Part shown: positions 62,315 through 64,000 of the stretch, piece after piece
Layout of the letters: each line of letters opens with the position of its first letter
Numbering within the stretch: position 1 is the stretch's first letter
Assembly (NCBI RefSeq): GCF_006345805.1
Contig: NC_043003.1
Coordinates: 51,708,001 to 51,772,000, forward strand
Direction: 5' to 3'
DNA from: Octopus sinensis
Taxonomy: Eukaryota
DNA length: 64,000 nucleotides
Translations under genes and position numbers: made by a program
The notes under the pieces: model-generated
The model's database searches: none
Seen by the model: the letters and a program-made list of their open reading frames with translations, nothing else
Told to the model about the DNA's origin: nothing

Positions 62315-64000
62315 TATATATATGTATGTATGTTTTGCTTGTGGCCATTAGGCCGACGAGGCCAGGTTACCAGATAATCGGTCACTGGACTGCGACCATC
62401 GTGGAGTACTATTTTGAAGCATTTAGTCGAACAAATCGACCCCAGAACTTTTTTTTTAAAACCTGATCGGCCTCATTTGTCGAGTCTCTGTTGCAGGGAC
62501 GTTAACAAACCAAAACCGGTTGTCAAGCGGCGGTGAGGGGCGGGGGCATACAGAAATAAATATACATACGGCGGTCTTCTTTCAGTCTCCGTCTATCAAA
62601 TATCACTCACAAACCTTTGGTCGGCCCGGGACTATAGAAGATACTTGCCAAAGGTGCAACGTAGCAGGACTGAACCTGGAACCTTGTGGTTGGAAAACAA
62701 GCTTACCACACAGCCACGCATGTGCCTACACACACACACACACACACACACAAGTACATATATGAACAAGTGCGTACGTCTGCTAGATGTCATCTACATA
62801 AGTTTAGTACCTCACCACCAACTGTGCGATTGAATAGGCCGGCCTATGATGATTAGAGGCAACAGTTTTTCTCTGAACGGTAATTATCTAATGTGCTTCC
62901 CACTTTTTAAGACATTAAGGTATGGTTTGGAGAAGATTTTGGTTATTCTTTCAACGTAGACGCGCACAGAACAGCGACCCAAGAAGGGAGCCTTCATATG
63001 CTTGTCCGACCTTTCAAAAATAGCAGCCAAATTTTCATTCCGTTATTTTTTTACACATTGGATTCTGTAGTCTTGGAAAATAAAATGGCTGGGGGGTTTT
63101 GATCACAGGCCTGATAGATTAGAGCAATTTATGCTCCCTTGGATTCTAGTATAGTTTTTATTTATATTAGGAACATAGAAACTAAACCTTAGTACCTGAC
63201 CAAAATTTTACAGATTCAAGTGTTGCCAAATGAAGAGTGCAGTGATTGTTAAAGTAACTAGTGAATTACCGCAAGACCATGTCAACGAGGAGTACTGTGT
63301 AGAATGTATAATAAATGGACGAGAGAACATTTATAAATTTAATGTGTTATTTTTTTCGTTCTTTCCTTTCTTTCATCTCAACCCTTTCCCTTCAAGCGAG
63401 CCCCACTCCGCCTCGTCTTCAATTGACATTGTAAACTAAGATAGGAAAAGCGTGGTATTATAGAGAGAAACGAGGAGGGACAAGGCAGAGACAGATAGAC
63501 AGATAGATAGATAGTTAGATAGATAGATAGATAGATAAAGAGAGCGAGACAGTGACTATGTTTATTTTGTTGTAGTGATTAGACCGTGATGGAGAAGGAA
63601 ATCTTGTGTGTTCTTTCAGGGAGGTCCTGGGGCAAACTTGAAAGAGAAATCCGTTGAATATATGAAGTTTAGTATGAGAGGAGCAGAAGATGGTGGAAGC
63701 GAAGGATACGGTGGCGATGGTGGTAGCCGGCCTGCTTGATGGTTCTTAGGGCCCAATGGAAGACAGAAGATCGACTTTCAAGTCTAAGCTTACAAAATAT
63801 ATAAGAGTGAAATAGTACGCATGCCATGCGTAAATGTAGTAGTCGTAGTATTATCAGTAACGTAGTGAAAAAAAAGGTTTACTATAAAATAGCGTGCGAG
63901 TATGTACGTAGAAAGATTCTCTCTCACGTGTGTGGCGTAGCTTTTTTTTTCTTCTTTCTTTTTTTTTTTTAACCTCTCCGCCACCACTTACTACATATTC

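Noticed and set aside
54531-64000. Search for Patched 5' exons (TM1, ETNVEELWVE, GGR..ELNY)
   Set aside because: No matching frame was found by eye; they are presumed to lie outside the window.

Overview
AT-rich eukaryotic genomic DNA, dense in microsatellites and SINEs. The repeat landscape suggests an octopus or other coleoid cephalopod, but this is inferred, not proven. The window is dominated by one minus-strand Patched gene (Hedgehog receptor, ptc/PTCH1 orthologue). I traced 25 coding exons by hand from 54530 down to the stop codon at 19412. All have canonical GT-AG ends and consistent phases, totalling 3745 nt (about 1247 aa). The 5' exons (start codon, TM1, start of extracellular loop 1) were not found and probably lie beyond 64000. 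The rest is transposon debris (Ty3/Gypsy with LTR, Penelope-like elements with hammerhead-ribozyme-like motifs, RTE, CR1/L2-like, HERO-like and CRE-like LINE fragments, mariner, hAT, piggyBac and Helitron-type MITEs, SINEs), a U6 pseudogene and simple repeats. Most notable: a roughly 13-copy 9-aa 'ALVPEKxP' repeat inside the Patched cytoplasmic middle loop, no PPxY motif in either visible cytoplasmic region, an intronic sense-strand hammerhead-like motif, Gli-site and E-box clusters in introns, and a CpG-depletion boundary near 57.8 kb. No prokaryotic systems or CRISPR arrays were found.
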